A stretch of DNA of 64,000 bases, from assembly GCF_009834535.1 (NCBI RefSeq), contig NC_045697.1:93498001-93562000 (forward strand), written 5' to 3'. The stretch is from Camelus ferus (lineage: Eukaryota). A program made the translations under genes and the position numbers. Of this stretch, positions 13,707 through 27,799 are shown piece after piece. The notes under the pieces were generated by a model, which worked only from the letters and a program-made list of their open reading frames with translations, did not search any database and was not told the DNA's origin. Each line of letters opens with the position of its first letter. Position 1 is the stretch's first letter.

Positions 13707-15307
13707 CTCAGTAATAAAATGAGTGGGTAAAAAGCACTTTGCTTTTTAATTCATTGTCAGTAGATCTCACCCAATAAATATGTGTATCTTCTCCATCTAC
13801 ATAGTTACCTCCCCCCAAAAAAGATAAAATGGTACAAAAGTAATTTTCTAAGGAGTAAAGAAAAATCCATAAGATACTTAGATAAACTATAAAAAAATTA
13901 CAGTAGTAGGCTGGAATTACTTTTTGATCTATGAAATCTTGAAAAGTGAAAAAAAAAAAGAAAGAAAGAAACTGCTGACCAAGGGAAGTGGGATCAGCAA
14001 AGATCACTAGAAGACTGAGCAGAATAGTCAGAAGAAATAGAAGCTCAGAGAATCCTTTTGGACAGTTCATTTGGGGAACAAATGAAGTATACATTTACTT
14101 AAGAGCAAACTAAATGTGCCTGTTAGATGAAAAAAAATTTTCCATAACATGTGCAGTCAGTGCTGCTAGAAAAGAAGACAAACTCCAGCATTTGAGCACT
14201 CATTAATGAAAAGCAGACATTTTCAAAGATTTAGTGTGAGCTTAATGGGTTGCTAAGTACTATGGTCCCCCTGTAATTCTCATGTATTTCTCTGCCATAT
14301 TACTTTACGTATTAATCACTTCATTATCCCCTTGTTTCCATTTTTCTCTCTCTCTCATTTTAATCCAGCCTTTACCAATGTAGAAACAATCACTCCAGGG
14401 CAAAGGAATAAAATACAAATGCATTTTGAGAAACTGTTTCCTTCTCCCAAAGAATTGATAAGATGTAAGCTTGGAAAGGTGAATGAAAGGAGCGCACGTG
14501 AATGAACAGATCTTGAGAGACAAAAAAAGCAGAGCTTTGCAAGTGGGGAGCAACAGAAGGTTTCTCTAGCCCAAAGATGAGGAACCAGCATTGACAGAAA
14601 TTATCATCAAGTCATTTGAGGTGTTGTACTGTATATTTCTTGCCATAAAACAGTGTCTCTCTTTTAGGGACACTTGCAGGCTTCATGAAAAACAATGGGA
14701 TAATGAGTTAATTAGTATGGTTCAGGCAGGCATGCAGGGAAACCCTTATCAGTAACAAGGGCAGAAATGAATGGAATGTGAACATTCCGGAAACCTAGGA
14801 AGTCCACACTTCTCTACACTCGTAATGAATTTACCTGGTCTGTGGATTTTTAAATAGGTAATAACTTTTATTAAATAAAAATCTTAATATGTTAACATTT
14901 TCTGAATATTATCTTTGAGGAAAATGTCTTCCAGTAAGTTAGGCATACCAGGGTGCTGGGAAAGGAGAAAGTGCCCAATAAAATAAGTTAATGGTGAGCA
15001 GAAATATATTTTGACATGTAAGAGGTATGACTAAAAAAATTCAGACAGGAGATAAGTCAAAAATAAGTAAGCAGTTAGTATGAAATCTTAATTAACTTAC
15101 AATATCAAGAACAACTTAGAGTATGTGGTTAATTAGGTTGGAGAGCAATGTGTTGTAGGGATTTAGAGGTATATTTTAATTATCAAGTGTTTATAATTTG
15201 ATCTAACAATACATTGCCACAAATGAGAATAAAAATGGATGCATAATTACTGTGGGTAATTTTGACTTTGAGTCATGAAATTTATACTTATATTAGTGTT
15301 ATGATTT

Positions 15308-15930
15308 TGTTGCTGAAAACTCAGCCTCTGCACCCTATACAGTGAATTCAGACTTGGAAGCAGAGTTTAGGGAGCAAAGAAGAGAGCTGCTTTATTGTTT
15401 TGCCTGGCAAAGGGGAGTCATAGCAGACTAATGCCTTGGAAACTGAATCTATCTTGGGGTTGGGGCTTGGTGATTATATAGGCAAGCAGGACGGGAGCAT
15501 ATCAGTGATAACGAACAATAGAGTCTTTTACAAAAGTTTATCGTGCATCATGGGAACTTCTCATGGTCCATTAAGTAGGTCCTGCCCAAGGCCTTGGCGT
15601 TATCTGGTCTGATCCTTCTGATGTCACAGGGGCTTCTGGGCTTCTGGGCTTCTGGACGATCTGGCCATTCCTTCAGGGTTATCATTCCATGGCCTTCTTT
15701 CTGGAAAATAACTTCAGGGTTTTGGATACAGGTTATGTAGAGTAGGGCGTAAATCATAGTTGGAGTTGCTAAGCACATAATCATCTAAGCAATTAAACAA
15801 CAGCAGTGGCAAGGAAAAAAACATGATAGTCGGTTAGAAAGAACTCCAAGAAAATAAGTTAATCAGCCACAGTAAACTCTGTAAACTGTTTTAGCATCAG
15901 GGAAGCCATTTTGTAACTCCTTCAATTTCA
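15308..15930 (-). mobile_element. Solo ERV LTR (ERV1-like)
   Basis: GC-richer block bounded by TGTTGC...TTTCA. TTTATT near 15391 is a polyA signal on the minus strand. Internal (GGGCTTCT)3. Confidence 0.7.
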
Positions 15931-16059
15931 CAATATAGAAAAGGTAATTGAAATTTTATTTTGTGTTAATTTTGCTCTTCTGGAGACTTTTAGCAAAGAT
16001 CAAGAGAGCACATATTTTTGTGTGCAATGCATCTGTCTTTCAGTTACTACGCACATGTC

Positions 16060-16433
16060 TTTCAAATGCTATGCTATGACAAAGTCCTCTAAACTGGGTG
16101 GCTTATTAACAGCAGAAATGTATTTCTCACAGTTCTGGAGGCTAGAAGTCTGACTTCAGGGTACCAGCATGGTCAGGATCTGGTGAGAACCACCCTCTGG
16201 GTTCATAGATGCCATTTCTTGTTCTATCCTCACATGATATAAAGCAGAGAGAGAGGAAGCAAGATCTCTTGTGACTCATAAGGGCCCTAATCCCTTTCAT
16301 AAGGGTTCCACCCTCATGATCTCATCAATCCTGATTACTTACCAAATGCCCTACCTCCCAATACTATCACAATGGGGAGTAGGTTTTTAAAATATGAATT
16401 TTGGGGAGACACACTCACACGCTGTCCATAACA
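16060..16433 (-). mobile_element. MaLR LTR (MLT1A/B/C-like)
   Basis: AAACTGGGTGGCTTA...AACAGCAGAAATGTATTTCTCACAGTTCTGGAGGCTAGAAGTC...TCCATAACA. Confidence 0.88.
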
Positions 16434-16819
16434 GCATCCCTCTATGTCCTCACAAGTGACTCAGAAAACCAGGCATTTTTAAAGGTGGCCTGATTGCCAC
16501 AGACAGAATAATAATTGGCTGTTACCAGTTTCAGGGATCACCTTAAATAGTGTTTACTGAGAAGTACACTTTTCTGGATACTTATTATCAGCTTTACATA
16601 TATTCTTACTAAGTAGAGTGTTTACATACAAACTGCGCACAAATATGATACAGTCTATAGTTTATCACATAGAATGAATAAATGCTAAGAGAATATTCAT
16701 TGTCAAGGCACCTAGTCTCCATATGAATTACATTTAATTAGCAATGAGAACCTCTTCAAGAATAGCATATCTAAATCCACAAAATTTCTTACACCAAAGA
16801 CAAGGAGACAATCACTAAT

Positions 16820-17370
16820 TCTTTTTACCCCCAACAAATATGTATTTAAGGCATTCTTGGTGTGGCTACTGTGCAGGTTCATGGCTATGCAGAAATGAAG
16901 AAGATACAGAATCTATCCTCAAACAACGTAGAGCCCCTGAATGGGGATAGGATAAAGGTACTTAATAGATTAAAAATTTAACATGTTAAGCCAAATCGAC
17001 AAACAGTTCTAATCCTAATAGCTTTCTCTCCCTTTTCACTGTCCTGGTCCTTTGGCATTATGTTTCCATTTTAAAAATAATTGAATATATCAAAGCCTCG
17101 TAAGTCCCTAGATCCAAGGGACTTCATCTCTCTTCCTACATAAATCACAACCACAGCCCTCTCTTCTTTAAAAATGTATGCATTATCATAGTCAAAATGA
17201 CTGTACTTATTTTTTCCCTCAATTTCCAGATCAGACCATGTAACAAAGGATGAGGAGGGAAGATCTTATCTATTTTGTTGCCTTGTTCAAGATCCTGTCT
17301 ATTTTATGTATTGTTTTCTTCATTGTTTAACCCTTAATAGGTCTTCAGTAAGTAATTCTTGAATGAACTT
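16820..17370. mobile_element. L2 fragments
   Basis: CAACAAATATGTATTTAAGGCATTC...GTGCAGG (L2 3' end, antisense) and TAGGTCTTCAGTAAGTAATTCTTGAATGAA (L2 3' end, sense). Confidence 0.5.
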
Positions 17371-19189
17371 CTAATGCATTCTCCAAGTCTTCTGAAATCC
17401 CTTTAATGATGTTTTTCATTATTTTCTCTTCTAGGGCTCCCCTAATGGCATATATACACTTTGTCTACTGACATAATAAAGTATAAATTTAGTAGGGTAA
17501 ATTGTTCTTTATGCTGATTATGTATTTTTTACACTACCTTGAAAGGAGTAGAGTTTCAAAAAATAGAGTCAATTATCCGATTTCCAAAATATTATTAAAA
17601 TTTCTCTACTCTCTGAATAAAGTTAAAACTATGAGTTTTATACTCATATAAAATCAATTAGTAATCATGTATATCGCTACTAAACTTTTTATTCATTGAA
17701 ACATGCCACCCATCAGAACATTGCCAGTTCAGGAATTTAAATTAACATTATTAATTTTTCAATAATCACTTAGAGATGAATATTTATAATTCAATAATCT
17801 AACGTTTGGGGTATCTATAATAAAGTACTTGATTTAATAAGTATGGTGCCATACAGTATTTAGCATGAAAATTATGTTTGATTTTCTAAGTTGAAGAGAT
17901 ACAAGTATTTGTGTCATGAATAATAAGTGGTGCTTACTCAACTGAATTACTCAAATTACAAAGGCCAGAGGGATCTACTCTTTCTTATATATGTACATAA
18001 CTTTCATTATACCCTACTAGAAGCTATGTGCATTTAAAATGAGTTAATTAAACTCTAAAGTTTAATTTAATACAGAATGGAATCTGATATATGTTTCCTG
18101 GAAAGGAGGAATTAATCAAAATGCCTAATTTTAAATTATCGAAAATAATTTAACATGCATTGGAGATAATAAGAAAATGTTATAATCTTTGCATGTCACT
18201 ACTGAGAGATTCTTAAATATACTCTATTTTTATATAAATTGAAAATTGTGTAAATGAGGTGTTTCTTTTTACATATCCTAATAAATGAAGAAAGGTATAA
18301 AACACACCAATCAACCTTTATATTATTATCATTAAAAAGTGAGCTGTAGTGATGGTATGCATAATTACCTCTTTTATAATAATCTTATTTTTTCTTTAAA
18401 GTGTGGAAGTTGTGTGCCTAACCAGACAAATCAAGAACATTTACACTCAGACAAGTAATATATATTTATAGTGGAAGTACAATTCTTTCCATTAAAATAT
18501 TTAGATTTATAGTAATGGATTAATTATAAACTTGATTTGACTATTAAAATCTTTTTGAAACTGAAGATAAAATATCCACTACACTTTTATTCTCTTCAGT
18601 ATATAGCATCCACCACTACAAGATAAAGAGAGAAAAAATATATAGAATTTTATTCTAAGATTTTTATAGAAGTGAATCACAGCCATTTCTCAAAAATGAT
18701 TTTAAAATGTTAACACTCTAAAGTAACAGACCTTCTATTACAATTTGTCTCAAATACGTACAGTGATTTTATGGAATTTGAATATGGTTTGTTTTATAAA
18801 TATTTTCATAATCATTAAAATAGTCATGTATAAGAAAGTGTTTCATATCTGTGGTCTTGTTTAAACAATATGTTAAGTGTAGCATAGTACTTAATTTATC
18901 TTTCAAATTAATTATAAAAATAATTAGATATTAGAAATTAATTTAAATATTACATGTATCTTTTTTGAATTAATGGAATATACTAATTGCAGAAAAGATA
19001 GAATATATACATAATCAAGGTAAAAATTACTTGTAATTACAGGACTATGATAGAAATATTGGCAACAATTTGGTGGAAAATCTTTCCATATATAATTTGA
19101 TTTGCAAGTAAATACATATTTTTTCTGTGTAACAATTTGATTTTGATGCTCAGATATTTTTGCACTCTGCTTTGATTAATGTAATTCAT

Positions 19190-19780
19190 TCAGTTATTTA
19201 ACCACTCTTTCTTCTCTTTACTAGGGTTTAGTTAGGTGGTAGGGATTAGGTTCAGTGTTTAATGATTGCTAAATATATGCCAGTCATCTTCTAGGAGCTT
19301 CTAGGAGCTGGAGCTATAGCAGGGAACAGAGGAAATGAAGGTTCCGTCCTTGCAAAGTTTATGTGGTACTGAGGTAGGCTGACATTAACACACAAAGGAA
19401 TAGTGGGACAAAAATCAAATAGTAGAAAAAGCTATGCGGTGCAAAATATGGAACAGAGTATAATATTCAATAGGATGGTGAAGGGAAACATTATGAATAA
19501 GGTGATGTTAAAGTAGAAATATAAATAAAATGCAGAAGACATGAAACTATTTGAGATAAAATTTTCAAATGAAGATAAGAACAAATTTAAAAGTTCTTAC
19601 ATGGGAACATGCTTACCTTATTCTAGGTAAAGTAAGAGGGCTAGTATTGTAGGAACGATCGTAGTGAATTCATTTGGAGAGGTGTCCCAGGAACAACACT
19701 TGTCAGTCTTTGTAATCCTAAGTAAGGTCCTTGAATTTCTCAATAAATTTGATGAGAATCTATTGATAAGTTTTGATGCA
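19190..19780 (-). mobile_element. L2 fragment
   Basis: ATATATGCCAG...CTAGGAGCTGGAGCTATAGCAGGGAACAGA...GTGATGTTAAAGTAGA pattern of L2. Confidence 0.55.
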
Positions 19781-19892
19781 TCTTGAGTCAAATAAACTAC
19801 ACATTGCTATCCCATCATATCCTCGTGCCTACCTCGAGTAAACTGCCCTGAATTGGTGATGACCATCCCCTTGCACTTTCTTTATTATAATA

Positions 19893-20655
19893 CTGATGTC
19901 CAATAAACAATAGTGATAGCCAAATATATACATTTTCTGATAGCCAGAAAAGGATGAAATTATTTTAAAATACATTTTATTTATTTTGATATATAGTATC
20001 AGTTTAACATTTTACAATATTAATGAAATATTCTACATTTATTTTATAAATCAGTGATCCATCTGTAATTATAAAGCATTTGGTACGTCTTTCCTTAACA
20101 AAAATTTTAAAACTATACAAACAAAACTCCACATATTAATTCAACATCTAAAAGGTTAGTACTATTTTGTATTTTACCCATATGATCTTTGTAATAAAAT
20201 AGTTCTGTCATTTAAAATATATTATTTAAATCTAATTTTTTGATTTCAAAAATATATTCTGTAGTAAGCAAGCATATTGCCCATGAAATTGTTTCTGACA
20301 ATGCTATTTTTCATAATGTGAATATATATATATAGCTATGATTGTGCGAGTTTAAAGTTGATTTTCTGATGTATTATGTACACCATTGTAAAAATATTGT
20401 ATAATTCTGTGATAATGTATTTGCCAAAATATATATTAAAAATAAATACAAATGTTTAAGGATTTTAAGATATTTTTTGCACTTGCCATTCCAACTGTTT
20501 TCACTCTATATACTTTTCACTAGTCCTTCGATATCAGAAACTAAACCTTTGATATGGGTGTTTACTTTATACTTAAAGCGCATCACAGTTCAAACTTCAC
20601 ATATGCCAAGTGCTCAAGAGCTGTATGTGGCTGATAGATATATTAGGTAGCTTCC
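19893..20655. mobile_element. hAT-Charlie DNA transposon relic (MER33/Charlie5-like)
   Basis: Left end TGTCCAATA. Right end ACTTAAAGCGCATCACAGTTC...CAAGTGCTCAAGAGCTGTATGTGGCTGATAG resembles the MER33 terminus. Confidence 0.55.
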
Positions 20656-21289
20656 CTTTATATTTTATGAAATATATATGCATGTCTAAAAAAATGTACA
20701 TACATATGTATTTATTTTTCCTGTATGTTTTTGAGCTTTGTAAATGTGGCAATAAATTTGATGGATTTAAAAAATTTTATGGGTCATAATTTATTTACAG
20801 TGTTGATACAATGCCAGATTGAAAATATCCTATATTATTCAAATGATAAAAATCAACAAATGATAGAACATCAGTTGAATTGGTGTTTTATTGAAGTTAG
20901 ACATAAGGTGCATGGATGTTCACTGGGTTCTTTGCCCCTTACCTTTCATACCCGTTACATATTCTTTCCTATAGGTGTCAGATATTTTATAATAAAAATA
21001 TAAAAATTAAGAAAAGAAGGGACAGAAAATTCCTTGTAGAAGAGCTAGTGGCACCGACAGCCGCATCTGTATTCTTGTCTCAAGAACAGCAGTGTCATAA
21101 GCAGCTTCTTTGTACTCTGCAGGTGGTGGTGGTGGCACCGTGTGTGGTATCCCAGGCTCTGCAGTGGTACTGTCAGCACCGTCAGAGGACCAGTTCTGAG
21201 GTCAGTGTGCCCATAATCACCAACCTGGTTACACAGCTATCCCAGTGGTTCTTTAAGTGATTAAATATTAATAGATTTATTTTCTTCCT

Positions 21290-21825
21290 ATGTTTTTTTT
21301 AAAAGACTTCTAAAACTTATATGTTTACTAATGAAAACATGCAAACAATAACGGGTTCATAAGAGAAATATGTGGACCATGATCGAAATATTACATGTAA
21401 AATTTATGGAACAGAGATGAAAAACTTCAAGAGAAGATAAAATATGAAACTTAACTGGCTCAATAAACATTCAATACATTAAAATTCTAAACAGCACTTA
21501 CCAATAAAGAGATATCTTATTTACCTGGTATTAAGGTGAGTTCTGATAAATATCTAAAAGGATTTAACCCTTATATTATGGACATTTTTCAAGAAACAAG
21601 ATAAAAAGAGGAAAAATAATCAATTCTGTATGGTTAGTGAAATCTTGCTATCAATAGTGGATAAAGAAAATACAAAGGAGATTATTGTTAAATTATACCT
21701 ATATTTGAATGCAAATGCAACATTCCTCAGCTAATTATGTAATTACTTTCAACAGTATGTTCTAAAACAATATGTCAGAATCAAGCAGTGGGCCAACATG
21801 GTTCAAAATCATTAATATAATTAAT
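21290..21825 (+). mobile_element. Old L1 ORF2 remnant
   Basis: A-rich degenerate L1 ORF2-like sequence. Confidence 0.45.
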
Positions 21826-21829
21826 TCAG

Positions 21830-22272
21830 TGAGCTACAGAGTGCCCAGGCATTTGCCCACATGTTATTCTAGGTAAGTCTATGAAGGTGTTTCTCGATGA
21901 GACTAACATTTGAATCAGTAGACTGAGTAAAGTGGATTGCCCCTCCCTAATTCAATCAGCTGAAAGCCTGAATAGAACAAAAAGGCAAACTTTCTCAGGA
22001 ATGGGAGGGAATTTCCTGCTGCTGATGGCCTTCAAGCTGAGCTACGGTTTCTTTCTTTCTCTTGGACTCAAACTGAAAGACTGGTTCTTCCCGAGTCTCA
22101 AGGTTACCAGCCTTTATGTTGAAGCCTGGGTCTCTAGCTTGCTGATTGTGGATCTTGGGATTTTTCAGCCACCATAATTGCATGAACCACTTCCTTGTAA
22201 TAAATATTTTTCTCCCTCTCTCTATATTTCCATTCTGTTGGTTCTGTTTCTCTGGACAACGCTGACTAATAC
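21830..22272 (+). mobile_element. MLT2 (ERVL) LTR
   Basis: GATGAGACTAACATTTGAATCAGTAGACTGAGTAAAG...GGTTCTGTTTCTCTGGACAACGCTGACTAATACA. Confidence 0.9.
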
Positions 22273-22704
22273 AGCCATGACTAATATGACCAATATGACT
22301 AATTAGCCATATTAACTTAATATTATATTACATATTTGCCATTTCTTGTTCTTTATAGATAACAAGTCATTGTTTTCTTTTTCTCCTTCCCTGAATCTCT
22401 CTCCTGACTTTCTAACCTTTATCTCTGTGACCGCCTCTCAAACAATCTGTAACTAGGACTTTATTGTAAGTTCTGCTTTCGAGGAAATTCAAACTTAAGA
22501 GAATTGTTATCAGGAATGGTTGCAGGAAGCAGATTTCTGGGATGAAAGTCTGGAAGAGAATCTATCCATGGCTGGATAGCAAGAAAGGGTGCCATGTCAA
22601 TTGAATGATATTGTAGCATCTCAGCAACTAAGGACTTCACCTGTGGTGAGTTAGAACTAAGTACAAGCAAAAGGGAAAACCCTGGGCTATGTAGAAGTTG
22701 TATC

Positions 22705-22885
22705 ACTGTATTTCTTGAGGTGTGGACCAAGCCTGAACTTGGAAATTTGTTCAAAATGATATTCCTTAGATCCATTCCAGACCTACTGAATAAGAAATTT
22801 GGAGTTTTAGGGACTAGCAACTTGTATTTTGATAAGTTCTCCAGAGGACACTGATGCTCAACTAATGTTTGAGAATCATTGCTCT
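22705..22885. mobile_element. MER5A-like hAT MITE nested in the ERVL relic
   Basis: GTGTGGACC...CCAGACCTACTGAAT...AAGTTCTCCAGAGGACACTGATGC...GTTTGAGAATCATTGCT. Confidence 0.75.
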
Positions 22886-23210
22886 AACATTTGGGAGAAA
22901 TAATGATCATAAGGATTATAGAGTCAGTGGCATTTTTTAAAATGCTTTTTAAGCCTGGAAAAAGAAAATAACAGCTTTAGGTTAGCTAACTCTTGACTCT
23001 GGGCATTTCATGAAAGCAGAAGTGATATATGGCTGCTTTTTGTGTCAAAGTCAGTGCCCTGATTGGTAATGAGTGAGTCTCTGAGACCCACGATGAGGAC
23101 ATTTGAATAGATGCATATGAGAACCTTAAACACCAGATTGTCCTAAAACCTCTCTCTGGGCCAGCATATGCAGCCTGTCTCCATAGGGGAGAGATGTCTT
23201 TGGATATTAT

Positions 23211-23304
23211 GGAAGGAAAGAAAGAAAGAAAAGAAAGGAAGGAAGGAAGGAAGGAAGGAAGGAAGGAAGGAAGGAAGGAAGGAAAGGAAGGAAGGAAGGA
23301 AGGA

Positions 23305-23356
<52 letters not shown>

Positions 23357-23563
23357 GAGGAAGGAAGGAAGGAGGGAAGGAAGAAAGGAAGAAAGGAAGA
23401 AAGAAAGAGAAAGAAAGGAAGAAAATGAGGAAGGAAGGAAGAGAGAGAGAGAAAGGAAGGAAGGAAGAAAAGAAAAGGAAAGGAAAGAAGGAAGGAAGGA
23501 AAGAGGAAAGAAGGAAGAGAGGAAAGGAGGAAGGGAGGAAACAAGGGAGGGAGGAAAGGAAAA
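23211..23563 (+). repeat. Compound (GGAA)n/(GAAA)n purine microsatellite
   Basis: About 350 bp of almost pure A/G with perfect GGAA and GAAA runs. Confidence 0.98.
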
Positions 23564-25693
23564 ACCAAACAAACAAATTAAAAACCTCATCTATGTGGGC
23601 ACTACTTTACAATGTGTTGATGATTATCCTCGTCTTCCCCTAATTGCCTCCCTATCACTAACAAAGGTGAGGTCACAGAATATTCTGAGTTGGGTAATAC
23701 AGTTATTGCTCTAGGAAGAAAGAACTTACCAATTACATTAATTGTAGTACCTGAGTAATAACACATATGGGAGTGAATCTTGAGGGTATTGGGCCAGGAA
23801 GTAGAATACAAGGCAGGATAAAGAAAAGCTTGTTGAAATAGCAGCGTAACATGGGATTTAAGATCTTGGCAAGAATAGCATTAGATGGTCATAATACGCT
23901 GGTGGGATGATTCTTTGAAGTTTTGTATGTCAATGGCCAAAAATTATGAAGTAGAGATGCCCAAACCCAGACTGTCCTGTAGAGTGTGAGAGAGATATCA
24001 GGATGCACAGGGATGTGGTGTGGTCAAAAAAAACTTTATTACATAAAACCAGGGCATATACAAATGGATAATATTCCCCTCAAAGGGCTAAGGAGACTTT
24101 CACTTTATTATTGCAAAAAAGAATACACTAGTGTGGGTGTACCAACATCTTTGAGTAGCTAAGTTGAATAGCTAAGTCAACATTCACGTTGACAGTCATG
24201 AAACTGGGTTTTTTTGTTAATGGGAATGAGAAGATTCTTGAATAACAAAGGCCAGATAATGACAATTAAACATCACATACAAGGCAGAAATAATTATTTT
24301 ATTGAACCACAAGAGCTAAGTGGCAGCCAGGGTCCTTATGTCTAGGGGATATGTGGTGATGGGCCACAGTGTCCCAAGAGTAAGAAAAGTAACAGGTGAC
24401 CTGATTGTTGCTTAAATTTTAGAACAGGAGGATCAAGTCAAAACCCGGTGAAAATCATGTCAACTGTCAAAATGGAAAATCATGCTTCCTCACCCAGTTT
24501 CTAGCTCTGAGCAGTTCTTAAGCCCAGAGTCCATAGACTGGAATGGAGGCAAGGTTTCTTTGAAAATGACCCTGAAACATCACTACAAATAAGGACAATA
24601 AATATCTCCCCAATTTTTCCAAAATGGTTTATTCTCATTTATCAGAGTAATTTACATGGTTGGAGGCAGGGAGGAGAAACACTTACACCTACAGGCAAAA
24701 GTTTGTAGGGCAAAAGCCCCGAGGTGACACTGATGCCTGCGGATAAGTAATGGACTTTGCTGGCAGGAAGTAGGTGGAAACTAGATGATAAATGTAGTCT
24801 TAGCATGTGAACCTCAGCGTTTCAGTAAATAAGATGACGACAAGCTCTCACTCTCTTTCATTCCCCTTATTCTAAAGTCACAACTTATGGGAGATACGTT
24901 TAATAATTGACAGAGCTCTCACTTGGGTCCACTGGCCTTTAATTTAAGGGTCATTAGTGAAAGAAAGGGTGTAGTTGGAAACTAAACCCCCCAAACTCTC
25001 CACCTTTGAAAAATTAAGAATATATGAATAGTGATTCTCGTCCCATCCACATTAATTTCCAATTTCCACCCCAGCCCAAAGTGGCAAGCGATGCCAGAAA
25101 ACTTAACCAAATAGTGGTCCCAATTATAACTCAACCAAGCAGTAGTCCCCCATCACAGCTTTTACAGTATCTGTACTGGGGGAAAATACAGCTTTTGGAA
25201 ATTTTTATAGGTTATTGATCTAGATAGTGCATTAGTTTCAATCTCCATTAGTAAAGAAGATAAAAATCTGTTCTTATGCACATAAGAACAGCAATTTACA
25301 TATATTTTGCACCAGAATTATGTTAACTGTCTTGCTCTGTCACAAGAGAGTTCAAAAGGACCTTGATCATTTTGACATTCCACATAACTCACACTGGTCC
25401 ACTGTATTCATGCCTGACATCATGCTAATTGTACCTAAAGAACAGGAAGTAAAAAGTACACTCGATGCCCTAATGAGAAACATGCATGCTAGGAAGAGAA
25501 AGAAACCTTTCAAAGATTCGGCTTTCTCACATGGGGATTTTCAAGAGTTCAGTGATTTGGACCATGACAAGAAGTCGTATTAAGGTAAAGGAGAAGGTGC
25601 GGAACATGGCATCTTCTACCTCTATGAATAAAGCAGAGGTTACGGTGCATCTCTTTGGACTTTGAAGACAGCTTGTACTCTCTTAGAAGGCTA

Positions 25694-26110
25694 CTGTAAT
25701 TGATAAGTACATGTGTCAACATGCTTGGGTCATGGGGTGCTCAGACATTTAGTCAAACATTATTTCTTGGGTGTGTGTGAGGGTGTTTCCGAGTGAGATT
25801 ATTTGAATTGGTAGACTGAATAAAGCAGATGCCCTTCCCAAAATAGGTGGGCATCTTCCAATCCATTGAGAGTCTGATTATAATAAAAAGGCACATGGAG
25901 GGAGACTTCCACTCTTTGACTGCTTGAGCTATAAAATTACTCTTGTGTTGCCCTTGAACTGGGAATTGCAGCATTAGTGTTCCTGGTTCTTAGGCCTTCA
26001 GACTTGGGCTGGAACAACACCGCTGGCTTTCCTGGGTCTCTGCCTTGCAGATGGCAGATTGTGGGATTTCCCAGCCTTCAAAATCATGTGAGCCAATTCT
26101 TTATAATTTC
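25694..26110 (+). mobile_element. MLT2 (ERVL) LTR
   Basis: ATGTGTCAACATGCTTGG...GTCAAACATTATT...GTAGACTGAATAAAGCAGATGCCCTTCC...TTGCAGATGGCAGATTGTGGGA. Confidence 0.9.
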
Positions 26111-27799
26111 TATATAAGATAACATGTTACCTGATCTTTTCTAACCAGAAGTTGTTGTTACTTGCCTTGAATTGGAAGAGGGTTGGCATTTACACCTGTA
26201 AATTTATTTATTTTTAAATTTATGTAATTTGTACACAATTCCAAGTTCTTTAAGAGATGACAACAAATTTTAGTTTTCTACTGTCATGTGAGAATCATGT
26301 CATTATGTGAGGAAAATGAAGTGCTGCAGTAAAAAAAAAAAATCTTATAAATCTCTCTTTCACTCTTTCTCTCTCTTTCTCAGAAAGTGTTGGTTCTGTT
26401 TCATAACAAATTTAGGTTGTGGTGCAAACTGTCACATCCCTGGCTCTACAATGCATCAGATGCAATGGGGCTTGAGTCAGGTGTCTTAGAGAGGCAATGT
26501 TTATCTTAAATATCTACCTCAGTTCTCCAAATCCGTATTATTTTATTTTAGTGGAGATTAACTTATACTGTGATATGGCCCCATATGCCTTAATATGAAT
26601 GATAATAATTAATAATGTGAAACTTGAACTTGTAACATTTGCCTCACAAATGCTCTTTGTTACCCATGTAGCACAATCCATCAGTAACTTTGTTGACTCA
26701 TTATCAGAAAAGAGAGTGCTTCTTCAACAATGGATTATGTGCCTTTCACAGAGAAAACCGAAGTATCTCAAAGGTGGCATTTCTTTGATTTTATGTAATT
26801 TCCTGACAATTTTTATGTGAATGTTATTTGATTTGGGGGGTTTGCAAGATGACGCAGTCATATTATTTACTTTTAGGTACATTTATATATTTTGACACAA
26901 AAAGTTGTCCATGATACTACCGAAGTAAGCATAAAGGATAATAGATTAGCAAAAACTTATATAATGTATATATAAATTAACAAATATATATTTCAAAGCT
27001 ATAAGGTAGTTATTATTACATTATTTTATATGTGAAGAAAGTGGGACTATAATTTAAAACTAAGTATTCTGCCTCCAGAATTATACCTGCAATCATTATG
27101 CTGTGTTACTTCTGTTTACATATTAATTAGTATTATCGGATTTTGATATACAAGAAATACGCATTTCACATATATGCATATGTGCATGAGAACAATTCTA
27201 TAAGAATATACACTAAATTGTGAGCAAATAACGTCTCTGAAAAATGGGATCCAAATTGTTGTGATATTATTTAAATAATAATTCCTAGGACTACATTTCA
27301 TTATATCAAATATAATATTCATTATATTACATTTCATTATAATAAAATCACACAAAAATTACATTAAAAAGTGAAAGAAGGATTTTTAAATCAGCAAATG
27401 TAAAAAAACAGTGCACCAGTAATTCAAGAGAAAACAAAAGTTATATAAGAAAGGCTTTGTAACAAACATAGAACATTAAGTAAATTAGTTGTAAATATGT
27501 ACATCCTTATAATGATGCACATAGTGCTTAGTGATGTTTTAAAAATTAAATCTATAGCTCGATTGGATCTGGGGGTGGGAGAAGTGAATCTAGGGGTGTG
27601 TGGATATGTGTGCACTTTGTGTGTTTGGGGCAGGAGGGCTGGGCAGAGACTTGGAAGAGAGTTAGATGTTTATGTTCCATAATTATTAGTAAAGAGAAAA
27701 GTCTCATGTGAAAATGTCAAGAAGTAGAAAAATAACCTTAGTAAACCTCCCTAAAACCCCTAGAGTTTTAAAGTCTAAAGTTTCTTGGGAGCTACAGTC

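Larger units (their letters stand above)
22350..25685 (+). mobile_element. ERVL-class provirus relic 1 (LTR16 3' end plus ERV3-16A3-like internal gag/pol), interrupted
   Basis: LTR end at ~22498 followed by a leader (TTGTTATCAGGAATGGTTGCAGGAAGCAGA). gag-like GAGTGAATCTTGAGGGTATTGGGCC near 23770. RT fragment ORF 25320 CHKRVQKDLDHFDIPH...DIMLIVPKEQEVKSTLDALMRNMHAR resembles ERVL CHNLVRRDLD...YIDDIMLIG. Confidence 0.8.

Noticed and set aside
5145..14591. Assorted 60-128 aa ORFs in AT-rich DNA
   Set aside because: No recognisable homology or exon structure. Their lengths and composition are as expected by chance.
22986..23643. Long ORFs of 86-196 aa (FLPS-rich or KERK-rich)
   Set aside because: Translations of the GGAA/GAAA microsatellite, not genes.
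21830..26110. Two MLT2 LTRs as the paired LTRs of one provirus
   Set aside because: They differ substantially from each other. The internal sequence begins after an LTR16-type end at ~22498, and the second MLT2 cuts into pol, so they look like independent insertions.
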